This document shows positions 27,705-36,834 of a stretch of 61,832 bases of DNA, in pieces (the first letter of the stretch is position 1; each line of letters starts with the position of its first letter). Location: contig CANRHN010000004.1 in assembly GCA_947630425.1 (NCBI GenBank), forward strand, positions 1 to 61,832, written 5' to 3'. The DNA is from an uncultured Clostridia bacterium (GTDB lineage: Bacteria; Bacillota; Clostridia; Christensenellales; CAG-314). The notes under the pieces were generated by a model, which was not told the origin of the DNA, ran no database searches, and saw only the letters and a list, made by a program, of their open reading frames with translations. The position numbers and the translations under genes are program-made.

Positions 27705-29744
27705 TCAATTTGCCCATGCCGCGGGCAATGTGCGATTGTCCTTGAACCACTGCGTATCTTTGAGTTTGGTGTCGTTGTTGGAGCCGTGAATTTCTATCAC
27801 GCCGTCAATGCAGCTGAACACGATGTTGCCGTTCATCGACATGGCTTGATCGACGCTCCAACGTCCCGAGGACGATTGTTTCAACGTGCATTGTGTAGTC
27901 ACATAAACCTTGTCTGTATACGGTGCAATTCTGTCAATAAAGGTCTGTGAAGGGAAGGTATTGGGAAGAGCCTGCGTATACTCGGTCGATCCCGCCACGC
28001 AACTTACGCAAACATATTCCGGCGTAATTTTGCTAAGAAGCACTTCGTTTGCAGATGTAGGCGAACCGTGATGTCCCGCTTTATATAATTGCATGTGCGG
28101 CAAATCGGGATTGTTCTCAACAAGAGACTTTTCGCCGGCTTCTTCCAAATCACCAAGGAACAAGTAGTGATTGTCGCCTTGAGTAAACATGATGCACACC
28201 GAATAGTCATTTTCATTCGACGTGTCTGTTTCGTAAAATTTTTGATACAAAATTTCCATTGTTATGCCTTCGGCAAGCTCGTAAACGCGTTGCGCGCCGT
28301 TTTCGTTGTTGTAGCACTCCAAGGCGGTAAACACATTTGTACCGCTATTCTTTTTGTTCTCGCAACGAGTAAGGAAATTGTTCAGAACGTTTGTGTTTTT
28401 ACCTGTTCTGGCAAATTTTATGATGTTTTCGCACTCATACGCGTCCAATATTCCCACAGCTTTTGTTGTGCCGTTAAATGCCGCAATATGATCTTCATCT
28501 GCATGTGTCGCTATCACATACTCCAAAACACCGTCCGTACAATATTTATCAACATATTGCTTGATTGTAGCCGCACTTCCCCCTGTGGAACCGGCGTCAA
28601 TAAGTATGTCGGTGTCGCCGGCTTTTATATAAATGCTATCACCGTTGGATTTGTTTCCCAACTCCATAAAATGTATCGACATGTCCGCAACTGTTCCGTC
28701 TACAACAGCGATTTCCACGTAAAAGCTCTCGGTTACGTTGTTGTCGGTAAAGGAAATTTCCCACGTTTTAACGCCCACCGAAGTGCTGTCAAAATGTCCC
28801 GTGGTAAAGTTGTTTACAACCTTGCTTGAACCGTTGCTGTAAAAAGCCGTGACAACAAGCAATTTTACGTCGGGCTGCTCGCCCAAAAGCACCTTTTGCC
28901 CCGTGTACTCCGCCTCGATTTTCGTCAGCACAACGGGCAGAACTTCGATTTCGATTGTGGTTTGGTAGGGCGCGCCGCCCGTAAGCGTGTCAAAGGAGAT
29001 TGTGACGGTCTGCTGTCCTGCTTCGGCAAGTACCTTGGGCGTGATGGAAAAATCCTCTACCACCCGACTTCCGCCGTTTTCAAGCTTCGCCGAAATGCGG
29101 AAATCGCTGTTTTGCAATTCATCTCCGACGTACTTTTTGCCGCCCACAAATTGCACCTCCGCGCCTGTCACGGCGGGCATCTTGACAGACACCTTTACGG
29201 TGGTTTGTACCGTGTTGCCGTCGGTAAAGGTGATTACAACATCCTTTTCTCCGGCGGTATCGAAGGGCGCGCCCGCAATGTTGTAGTTTTCCACAACCTT
29301 GACGGTATTGTCCTCGTAGTGAGCAGTCACGACAAGCGACGAACGCTCCAAACTTTGACCGACAAACAAATCGCCGCCCGTATAGACCGCGTCTATCGAC
29401 ACAACCGCGGGTTTTTCGACAGTAACGGTCAATTGTGTGCTTTGGGTTACGCCGTCACCGTCGGTATAGCTGACGTCAACGGTTTTGTCGCCGTAAGAGG
29501 ACGTATCCAATTCGCCTATCACGCAATTTTCCGTCACGTCAACATCGGTGCCGTTGTTGTAATGGGCGGTAACGGTGATGTCTATGTCATCGACAGACCC
29601 TCCGACGATCACTCTGCCGCTGTAGCTTGCCTCTATCGACACAACGTGAGCAAGGGCATTGCAAGCGACAAGCATTGTGCAGACAACCGTCACAAGCACA
29701 AGCAGCATTGCAAGCGTCAATTTTTTCAGAAAACGTTTGTTCAT
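27705..29744 (-). CDS. Lipoprotein with four Ig-like repeats and a ComEC-like MBL hydrolase domain
   Basis: Lipobox LVAC. Four repeats of about 78 aa (e.g. VVSIEASYSG...VTAHYNNGT). C-terminal domain has THADEDH, ENDYS, LGD, GHHGS and is paralogous to 26430-27644. Confidence 0.85.
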   Translation of the reverse strand: MNKRFLKKLTLAMLLVLVTVVCTMLVACNALAHVVSIEASYSGRVIVGGSVDDIDITVTAHYNNGTDVDVTENCVIGELDTSSYGDKTVDVSYTDGDGVTQSTQLTVTVEKPAVVSIDAVYTGGDLFVGQSLERSSLVVTAHYEDNTVKVVENYNIAGAPFDTAGEKDVVITFTDGNTVQTTVKVSVKMPAVTGAEVQFVGGKKYVGDELQNSDFRISAKLENGGSRVVEDFSITPKVLAEAGQQTVTISFDTLTGGAPYQTTIEIEVLPVVLTKIEAEYTGQKVLLGEQPDVKLLVVTAFYSNGSSKVVNNFTTGHFDSTSVGVKTWEISFTDNNVTESFYVEIAVVDGTVADMSIHFMELGNKSNGDSIYIKAGDTDILIDAGSTGGSAATIKQYVDKYCTDGVLEYVIATHADEDHIAAFNGTTKAVGILDAYECENIIKFARTGKNTNVLNNFLTRCENKKNSGTNVFTALECYNNENGAQRVYELAEGITMEILYQKFYETDTSNENDYSVCIMFTQGDNHYLFLGDLEEAGEKSLVENNPDLPHMQLYKAGHHGSPTSANEVLLSKITPEYVCVSCVAGSTEYTQALPNTFPSQTFIDRIAPYTDKVYVTTQCTLKQSSSGRWSVDQAMSMNGNIVFSCIDGVIEIHGSNNDTKLKDTQWFKDNRTLPAAWAN

Positions 29745-29754
29745 GGTTACTCCG

Positions 29755-30564
29755 TTACTTCAAGCCCAACAATTTTTTGATTTCGGGCATCTTTTGTTTG
29801 GCTGCGCGGTAGCCCTCTTCTACCATTTCGTCTATGCTGTCGAGACTTGCGCGGCTAAACTGCCTTAACTCGGGTTCTATTACAAGGTCGCTGTTTTGCA
29901 ACCCCTTGTACATTGTGGATTTTGTTGTGATAGACCAAGCGGCAAACAACAAATCCCTCAATTTGCGCGAATCCGTACCCTCTCCGCGATGACAGTTGAG
30001 GTCAACGCCAATCACGATTTGCGCGCCCATTTTCCTGCAGACGTCGGCGGGCATGTTGTTCAGCAGACCGCCGTCCATCAGCACCATTCCGTCCGACTCA
30101 ACAGGCTTGAACAATGCGGGCACGGCGCAGCTTGCGGAAACGGCTTTGGCAACGTTACCGCTTGTAAGCACCACCTCGTTGCCGCTCAACACGTCTACCG
30201 CCACGGCTGCAAAAGGCGTACTCAATTCCTCAAAGGTTTTGTCAACGAGCAATCTGTTGACCACGTTGGCGATGTTGGCGGAATCGGAGTTGATCCACAA
30301 CCGCCGCACAAGTTCTTTGCGTTGCACCCGCTTGGCTTCCTGTATAATCACATCCAAGCCCACGTCCGCGCAGTACAACGCGCCTATCAAACTGCCTGCG
30401 GACGTTCCCGCAACACAGTCGAAGGCAATGCGCTCTTCCTGAAACGCTTTCAGCACTCCTATATGCGCAAATCCGCGCGTACCTCCGCCCGAAAGCGCCA
30501 AACCCAACCTGTGCTTGAGCTTGACGGTGTTGGAAAATTTGAATGGAACATACTTCTTTTTCAT
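29755..30564 (-). CDS. Patatin-like phospholipase
   Basis: LSGGGTRGFAHIG, GTSAGS (GxSxG), DGG. Start placed at MKKKYV (30564), with TTGCAA-17-TATAAT upstream. Confidence 0.9.
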   Translation of the reverse strand: MKKKYVPFKFSNTVKLKHRLGLALSGGGTRGFAHIGVLKAFQEERIAFDCVAGTSAGSLIGALYCADVGLDVIIQEAKRVQRKELVRRLWINSDSANIANVVNRLLVDKTFEELSTPFAAVAVDVLSGNEVVLTSGNVAKAVSASCAVPALFKPVESDGMVLMDGGLLNNMPADVCRKMGAQIVIGVDLNCHRGEGTDSRKLRDLLFAAWSITTKSTMYKGLQNSDLVIEPELRQFSRASLDSIDEMVEEGYRAAKQKMPEIKKLLGLK

Positions 30565-30685
30565 AATGTCAATGACAGTGTGATAAATTATATATATTAT
30601 ACTACAATACCTTTGGCGTTGCAAGCGCAATTTTTTGTATAAAAACACGGCAAAGCAATTTGCTCTGCCGTGACTGTAGGAAAAA

Positions 30686-31228
30686 TTATTTTTTGAAATA
30701 GCGGTTGTACAGCCCGAGAAATGCTTTTCCGTGACGAGCCTCGTCGCGCGCCATTTCGTGTACCGTGTCGTGAATGGCGTCCAAACCGAGTTCCTTGGCG
30801 CGCTTGGCAAGCTGCGTTTTGCCCATTGTTGCGCCGTTTTCCGCTTCGATACGCATTTGCAGATTTTTGGCTGTGCTGTCCGTTACGACCTCGCCGAGCA
30901 ATTCGGCAAACTTTGCGGCGTGTTCCGCTTCTTCATAAGCGGCTTTTTCCCAATACAAGCCTATTTCGGGGTAGCCCTCGCGAAAAGCCACGCGACTCAT
31001 GGCAAGATACATGCCCACCTCGCTGCACTCTCCGTTGAAGTTGGCTCTCAAGTCGTCGATTATGTCCTGAGGAACACCTTGAGCAACTCCCACCACGTGT
31101 TCCGCAGCCCAACTCATTTCGTCGTTTTGAGCAACAAACTTTTCCTTGGGGGCGCGGCATTGCGGACATCTTTCCGGCGGCGTGTCACCCTCGTAAACAT
31201 AGCCGCACACTGAACATACAAATTTCAT
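30686..31228 (-). CDS. rbr: Reverse rubrerythrin (N-terminal rubredoxin domain; NADH peroxidase-like)
   Basis: CSVCGY...CPQC followed by diiron motifs ECSE, EAEH and EARH. Start placed at MKFVC (31228). Confidence 0.92.
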   Translation of the reverse strand: MKFVCSVCGYVYEGDTPPERCPQCRAPKEKFVAQNDEMSWAAEHVVGVAQGVPQDIIDDLRANFNGECSEVGMYLAMSRVAFREGYPEIGLYWEKAAYEEAEHAAKFAELLGEVVTDSTAKNLQMRIEAENGATMGKTQLAKRAKELGLDAIHDTVHEMARDEARHGKAFLGLYNRYFKK

Positions 31229-31279
31229 ATTTACTCTCCTTGAATTTTTTTTGCGCAAAACACCCATGCGCAGGGCTGT

Positions 31280-31387
31280 TTACTCTTCCGGCGAAAACTC
31301 TTCTGAACCTACTCCGCAAAGAGGGCACACCTCGGGAGGCGTGTCGCCTTCGTGAACATAGCCGCAAACATTGCAAATCCACTTCAT
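31280..31387 (-). CDS. 35-aa stand-alone rubredoxin-like protein (missed by the ORF track)
   Basis: MKWICNVCGYVHEGDTPPEVCPLCGVGSEEFSPEE*, with CxxC...CxxC, a strong RBS (AAGGAGAGG) and TTTACA-17-TATTAT upstream. Confidence 0.85.
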   Translation of the reverse strand: MKWICNVCGYVHEGDTPPEVCPLCGVGSEEFSPEE

Positions 31388-31595
31388 AAAAGACCTCTCC
31401 TTTTGAAATTTTTATTTGCTGTTATAATATCATTTTTGTAAAGTTTTGTAAATAATCAACGAAATAATTTTTGAAAAAAACTTGCAAAAAAGAATATCCC
31501 AATGTACAATTAAACTGTATGATGCAACAAATTGTTTTTTCGTTAAGCACGCGGCAAGCAAAAAGTCCGCGTTTTGACAAACAAAGGAGAAGTTT

Positions 31596-32639
31596 ATGAG
31601 CAAAAACAAACAACTCGCTCCCCCAAAACCTGCCGACGGGGCAAAAGACAAGAGCGACAAAATGACAATCTACGAATACGAACAAAAGTACACTCACCGC
31701 CAGAACGTACGCGGAGCGCGCCTGTTTTTGGGAATGTTTGCAAGTCTTGTGGGCGTGTTGCTGTTTGTGTGCTTGTTTTTCCTCACCGCGCGCGTTTACG
31801 ATATAAACGAATACGCAGGTTACGCCGTCGGAGCGGCATGCGTTGTGCTGTACATTCTGGTGTTCATTGTGCCATTGGCAAAAATTCTCAAAACGGGCGC
31901 GTTTGTCACCAACGTCAACGTCCATACCGCGCGTGAAGCGCAACGCCACAACAAAAAACTGCGCCACGACATTGCGGGAAAAATTATAGATTTGACCGCC
32001 AAGGTGGACGGCGTGGGCTGGTACGACAGCGAAGCCGTGGGACGGCTTGCAATTGCCCTCAAAGTGGGCGACGAGGAAAAGCTCAAAGCCGCGCTGACCG
32101 AACTGTACCAAGGCTCTGTCAAAAAATCCGCCAAAGATCTGATAATGCGCAGCTCTGTCAAATGCGCCGCATACTCCGCAATTTCGCAAGCGGCAAAAAT
32201 AGACACTGCGTTGGTTATATTTTTGAATTTGCAGCTCATAAAGGACATTGTGTTTCTTTACGGCTTTCGCCCGTCAGACGCAAGAATGGCAAAAATCGTT
32301 GCGAAAGTGCTGCAAAACGCCTTGATTGCCTACGGTTTGGGCAGTATGAACATCGGTCGTAGCGTTGTGCAGACAATGGGTTCTGCCGTAAAAGGAATAC
32401 CGCTGCTCGGAAACGCCATTGCCGCCATTGTAGACAGCTCCGTACAAGGACTTGCCAACGGCACGCTGACGACGGTGATCGGCTACCAAACAATACGCTA
32501 CCTCACCACGGAATACCGTTTGCAAAACATTTTGGACGGCGTGGACGTGTCGGAAACAGCCGAAGAACTACAACAGGCTTGCGGCGAATTGGAACAGGAG
32601 CTGAAAACGAAAAAGCACTCGGCAAAAGCCGCCGTTTAG
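31596..32639 (+). CDS. YcjF/DUF697-family membrane protein
   Basis: Two N-terminal TM helices, then AISQAAKIDTALV...QLIKDIVFLYGFRP and QGLANGTLTTVIG, recalled as DUF697-like. Confidence 0.7.
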   Translation: MSKNKQLAPPKPADGAKDKSDKMTIYEYEQKYTHRQNVRGARLFLGMFASLVGVLLFVCLFFLTARVYDINEYAGYAVGAACVVLYILVFIVPLAKILKTGAFVTNVNVHTAREAQRHNKKLRHDIAGKIIDLTAKVDGVGWYDSEAVGRLAIALKVGDEEKLKAALTELYQGSVKKSAKDLIMRSSVKCAAYSAISQAAKIDTALVIFLNLQLIKDIVFLYGFRPSDARMAKIVAKVLQNALIAYGLGSMNIGRSVVQTMGSAVKGIPLLGNAIAAIVDSSVQGLANGTLTTVIGYQTIRYLTTEYRLQNILDGVDVSETAEELQQACGELEQELKTKKHSAKAAV

Positions 32640-32662
32640 TCGGTAAAATAACGAAAACATGC

Positions 32663-32693
32663 ACCCCATATTCTGCTTTTGCAGATATGGGGT
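32663..32693. repeat. Palindromic intergenic repeat copy, probably a bidirectional terminator
   Basis: accccatattctgc-tttt-gcagatatggggt-cgttttttt, between convergent genes. Confidence 0.7.
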
Positions 32694-32703
32694 CGTTTTT
32701 TTG

Positions 32704-32949
32704 TCAGGACATATACTTGTTTTTGGTTGCCTCGCCGCCTCGAATGTATCTGACTTGCCAATTGTCGTTGAGAATTTGCGCGATCAATCGGTAACGCTCG
32801 GGGTCCAGCAAGGGCAACCTTTCGGAGAGGTCCTTGTGCGCGGTGGACTTGCTCACGCAAAACACGTCGGCAACGGCGCGCACCGTACACCTGTGCGCAA
32901 TGAGATAGTCGGCAACGTCCACCACTCGTTCGCGTATGTATTCCTTCAT
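32704..32949 (-). CDS. spoIIID: Sporulation transcriptional regulator SpoIIID
   Basis: YIRERVVDVADY, TVRAVADVFCVSKSTAHKDLSERL and IRGGEATKNKY match the SpoIIID pattern. Confidence 0.88.
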   Translation of the reverse strand: MKEYIRERVVDVADYLIAHRCTVRAVADVFCVSKSTAHKDLSERLPLLDPERYRLIAQILNDNWQVRYIRGGEATKNKYMS

Positions 32950-33143
32950 TACCCGCTCCGAAGCTTTTTTGCTATATTAAATGCTTCTTTGCGACAAATT
33001 ATTACAAAATTTGCTTTGAACAAAATTTTTGTATGCTTTTGGACGTATTCGCGCCGTTTTCGCCCGAATTTCGGCAAAAACAAAGGCTCGTCAAACCGAC
33101 AAGCCACTGTAATTGTAAATTAAAATTTGTTGCGCCAATCGCT

Positions 33144-34145
33144 TTACCATTGGTTTTGAGCGTGTTCGCAAAACGCCACAAAGGGCGGAACGGTCAGCTT
33201 GACGCCGTTGTCGAGAATGACGTAGCCGCTCCACATTCCGAAGGTTTGGCAGCATTTGTTGTTCACCCACAAAACGCGCGTGTGCGTGTGATTGTTGAAA
33301 ATCGGCTCTACTTCAAAAACAAAACGCTCGTCCTGATCCACATAGCGGTAGCTTTCGCCCAGCTTTATTTCCTGCACTTCGCCCAACTTGTACAGCTTGT
33401 TGTCGTAAAAAAAGGCGTTTTCGGTGGCTGCCGAGGTGTCTCCGAATCCCCACCCGATGTTGAAGCCGAAGCTCTTGCCGTTTACGTTTGTTCCGCCGTT
33501 ACCCCACACCCATTTGTGACGGTAGGGCCAAATACCTCTGCCCCAATCCAGCAAGCCGAACCCGTCGGTAATTTGATAGGCGACATCCTGTATACGCACG
33601 TAACCGTTGACGACAAAGCAATTTTCTTTGTAGTTGAGATACCACTGCTTGGGCTTGTCGAAGGGCGTGGCTATCACCATTTTTTCCTTTGACTTGCTGA
33701 CGTTGGTAAGCATAAGGTACACTTCCGCCTTGATACCGTGGTAGTCGTTGGCGGTAAAAGCCAAACGACGAAATTTGTCCGTCGTTTCAAACTGCACGTG
33801 AACGTTGCGGGAAAAGTACTGCAACGTGTTTGCCACCTCGGGGTTGGCGGGCATGTCGCGTTTGAAGGACGGTTTTACCGTTGCAAGCTTGCTTATAACG
33901 TGGCGTTGCCCGCTCGCAAGGTCAATCAGCGTTGCAGCGCACTGCATGGCGTAGGAGACATGCCCCAACGTCAACTGCAACACGTACCTGCCGTCAAAGT
34001 GAATTTGGTAAAAATCCCACTCTTTGAGGCGTGGCGAACGAACGAGCTTTTTGTCTAACACAAAGTTCATGTGGCGGGAGTACCCTGCGCGAAGCAGTCT
34101 GCCGCGATCATCCAACAATTTTTCTGCCGTAACAATTTCTTTCAT
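33144..34145 (-). CDS. DUF2804-family protein
   Basis: LLDDRGRLLRAGYSR, RLKEWDFY, YLNYKENC, LDWGRGIWPY, WVWGNG, GFNIGWGFGD, TENAFFY. Start placed at MKEIV (34145). Confidence 0.8.
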   Translation of the reverse strand: MKEIVTAEKLLDDRGRLLRAGYSRHMNFVLDKKLVRSPRLKEWDFYQIHFDGRYVLQLTLGHVSYAMQCAATLIDLASGQRHVISKLATVKPSFKRDMPANPEVANTLQYFSRNVHVQFETTDKFRRLAFTANDYHGIKAEVYLMLTNVSKSKEKMVIATPFDKPKQWYLNYKENCFVVNGYVRIQDVAYQITDGFGLLDWGRGIWPYRHKWVWGNGGTNVNGKSFGFNIGWGFGDTSAATENAFFYDNKLYKLGEVQEIKLGESYRYVDQDERFVFEVEPIFNNHTHTRVLWVNNKCCQTFGMWSGYVILDNGVKLTVPPFVAFCEHAQNQW

Positions 34146-34963
34146 TTGTCCTTCTTGACTGTAAACAATGCCAAAAGGCGAACAAGCAGCTCCAAAATTT
34201 CCACATACAGGTATATGAGGCTGCTTGTAAGACTGAACGCCAACACCCATTCAAAACTCTTGTCTGCGCCCACGCGCACCATTTCGTCTATGTTTTGAAT
34301 GTCCCAAAACACCGTTATCGTTGCAAACAGCACGCAAAAGAAGGAAACTCCCGCTTGCACTGCCAAAATCAACAAAACGTTACCGGTTTGTTCGGCAACA
34401 AGGTACAAAATGGGAACGCAAATCAGTTCCACCAACAAAAAGCTTATCAACCCAATCACAAGCCCCAAGGCGAAGCGATTGCCGATACGCACTTTCAACA
34501 CCTTGTACAACACAAGGCACATTGCAAACACAATGCCCGTACCCAACAAAGCGGCAAGGGAAACTCCGGGCAAGAATATGTTCATAAATCCTGCCATAAA
34601 CCCCAAAAACACGCCTTGACACACGCAGTAAATGGGTCCGAAAACCTTGGCTGACGCAGGGCTGAAAAGCATAACTATGCTTCCCACAAGCATCACAACG
34701 CCGGCAACGCCCGCGCCTATAAGCAATATTATCAAGGACGACAACAAAAAATCTGCGCTTACTTCCCCCTCTGCGACTTTGAAAATGGTCAACCACAGCG
34801 CAACCTCTGTTACAATGGCAATGCCTATTGTCAACAGAACCATAAATATGCTTTTTCCGACAACACCCTTGTACGTTGAGGGAGTGGTTTCCACCGCCAT
34901 TCCGCCACGGCTTTGCATACGCGTCCAACGACGCATGTAGGGATTTCCATATCTGGTGTACAT
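34142..34963 (-). CDS. Bax inhibitor-1/YccA family membrane protein
   Basis: About 7 TM. YCVCQGVFLG and WVLAFSLTSSLIYLYVEILELL C-terminal motif. GGAGG RBS before ATG 34963. Confidence 0.8.
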   Translation of the reverse strand: MYTRYGNPYMRRWTRMQSRGGMAVETTPSTYKGVVGKSIFMVLLTIGIAIVTEVALWLTIFKVAEGEVSADFLLSSLIILLIGAGVAGVVMLVGSIVMLFSPASAKVFGPIYCVCQGVFLGFMAGFMNIFLPGVSLAALLGTGIVFAMCLVLYKVLKVRIGNRFALGLVIGLISFLLVELICVPILYLVAEQTGNVLLILAVQAGVSFFCVLFATITVFWDIQNIDEMVRVGADKSFEWVLAFSLTSSLIYLYVEILELLVRLLALFTVKKDK

Positions 34964-35069
34964 AGCGACCTCCTTTATGAATATGTCAACTTTGTCGATA
35001 CGATTGTTGTCAATTTTCTCTTTATATAGTATAACATACAAATCAAATATAAGCAAGGTTATTTTTTAC

Positions 35070-35098
35070 TTGACAAAATTGCCCCCGAAAACTACAAT
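35070..35098 (+). promoter_or_regulatory. SigmaA promoter of glyQS
   Basis: TTGACA-17 bp-TACAAT, 27 nt before the start codon. Confidence 0.75.
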
Positions 35099-35125
35099 GA
35101 AAGAAACAATTTTTGGAGAAAATTT

Positions 35126-36514
35126 ATGGCAGAATTGACAATGGAAAAGCTGGTAAATCTGTGCAAAGGACGCGGATTTGTTTATGCCGGAAGCGAAATT
35201 TACGGCGGACTAAGCAACTCGTGGGACTACGGTCCGCTGGGCGTGGAGATGAAAAACAACATCAAACAGGTGTGGTACCGCAAGTTTGTAAAGGAAAACC
35301 CCTTAAACGTCGGTATCGACTCGGCGATACTCATGAACCCCAAAACATGGGAGGCAAGCGGTCACTTGGGAGGATTTTCCGACCCGTTGATGGACTGCAA
35401 GGGCTGCAAAACACGTTACCGTGCCGACAATCTTATAGAAGAGTACCAAGCCAAACACGGCGTGGACGTGCCCGTTGCCGCCATGAACGACGAACAAATG
35501 AGCGCGTACATTGCGGAACATCAAATACACTGCCCCGTTTGCGGCAAGTGTGATTTTACCCCCATACGCAAATTCAACTTGATGTTCAAAACCTTTATAG
35601 GCGTAACGGAAAACAGCACTTCCACCGTCTACCTTCGCCCCGAAACGGCGCAGGGCATTTTTGTCAACTTCAAAAACGTTTGCCGCACCACTCGCAGAAA
35701 GCTGCCCTTCGGCATCGGGCAAATAGGCAAATCCTTCCGAAACGAGATCACCCCCGGCAATTTCATTTTCCGCACACGCGAATTCGAGCAAATGGAGCTG
35801 GAATTTTTCTGCAAACCGGGTACGGATTTGGAGTGGTTTGACTATTGGAAAAACTTCTGCAAAAATTGGCTGCTTGCGCTGGGCATGAAAGAGGAAAATT
35901 TGCGTCTCAGAGACCACGACAAGGAAGAACTATGCTTCTACAGCAAGGCGACGACTGACTTCGAGGTCAAATTCCCCTTCGGTTGGGGCGAACTGTGGGG
36001 CATTGCGGACAGAACGGACTACGATTTGACCCGTCACTCGGAAGTAAGCGGCGAAACGTTGGACTACACCGACCCGCTGACGGGCGAAAGGTACATTCCC
36101 TACGTTATCGAGCCGAGCTTGGGCGCGGACAGAGCGTTTTTGGCATTTCTTGTCAACGCATACGACGAGGAAGTTGTGGGAGAGGGGGACACGCGCGTGG
36201 TACTGCACCTGCACCCCGAGCTTGCGCCCTTCAAAGCGTGCGTTTTGCCGCTCTCAAAAAAGCTCGGCGAAAGTGCCACCGCACTGTACAACGACTTGCT
36301 CAAGGAATTTACCTGCGACTACGACGAGGCGGGCAGCATAGGCAAACGCTACCGCAGACAGGACGAAATCGGCACTCCGTTTTGCATAACCGTGGACTTT
36401 GACACGGAAAACGACGGCTGCGTGACGGTACGCGACCGCGACAGCATGCAACAGGAGCGCGTGCCCATCGCCCAACTAAAAGACTACCTCAAGCAACGAA
36501 TTTTCATCTACTGA
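35126..36514 (+). CDS. glyQS: Glycine--tRNA ligase (alpha2, eukaryote/archaea-type)
   Basis: [57 protein letters not shown]. Confidence 0.97.
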   Translation: MAELTMEKLVNLCKGRGFVYAGSEIYGGLSNSWDYGPLGVEMKNNIKQVWYRKFVKENPLNVGIDSAILMNPKTWEASGHLGGFSDPLMDCKGCKTRYRADNLIEEYQAKHGVDVPVAAMNDEQMSAYIAEHQIHCPVCGKCDFTPIRKFNLMFKTFIGVTENSTSTVYLRPETAQGIFVNFKNVCRTTRRKLPFGIGQIGKSFRNEITPGNFIFRTREFEQMELEFFCKPGTDLEWFDYWKNFCKNWLLALGMKEENLRLRDHDKEELCFYSKATTDFEVKFPFGWGELWGIADRTDYDLTRHSEVSGETLDYTDPLTGERYIPYVIEPSLGADRAFLAFLVNAYDEEVVGEGDTRVVLHLHPELAPFKACVLPLSKKLGESATALYNDLLKEFTCDYDEAGSIGKRYRRQDEIGTPFCITVDFDTENDGCVTVRDRDSMQQERVPIAQLKDYLKQRIFIY

Positions 36515-36573
36515 GCGACAAAGGAGCGTCAAGTCCATCATACCGACGAACGTTTGGACGAAAACAAAGGAGA

Positions 36574-36605
36574 GGGGCTGTGCAAATTTAACTTTGCACA
36601 GCCCC
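36574..36605 (+). terminator. Hairpin after glyQS
   Basis: Perfect 13-bp stem ggggctgtgcaaa/tttgcacagcccc. Confidence 0.7.
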
Positions 36606-36834
36606 ATTTATGCGTTTTTCCCAACCTCGTGCGCGCAGTCGAAAGAGCGCATTCTGTTTTTGCGGTGTTTTTTATCGTGCCGTTACAAGCCTCGTCGCCG
36701 ACTTTATTTTTCGAATATCCTTGTTTGTTGACAGTCGGCGGTTTCTTTTTATCACGTAATGCGGCGCAAAACCTTGTTGCAAATTTTGCAAAAATCTGTT
36801 AGAATAAAACCTATGCTACAACGGGAGAACAACT

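Noticed and set aside
31185-31382. Track ORF MDLQCLRLC... (65 aa)
   Set aside because: Wrong frame. The real gene is the 35-aa rubredoxin-like ORF at 31280-31387, which has the RBS.
31420-31436. Possible PerR/Fur box upstream of the rubredoxin-rubrerythrin operon
   Set aside because: Only one half-site (ATTATAA) matches, and it overlaps the -10 element in AT-rich sequence.
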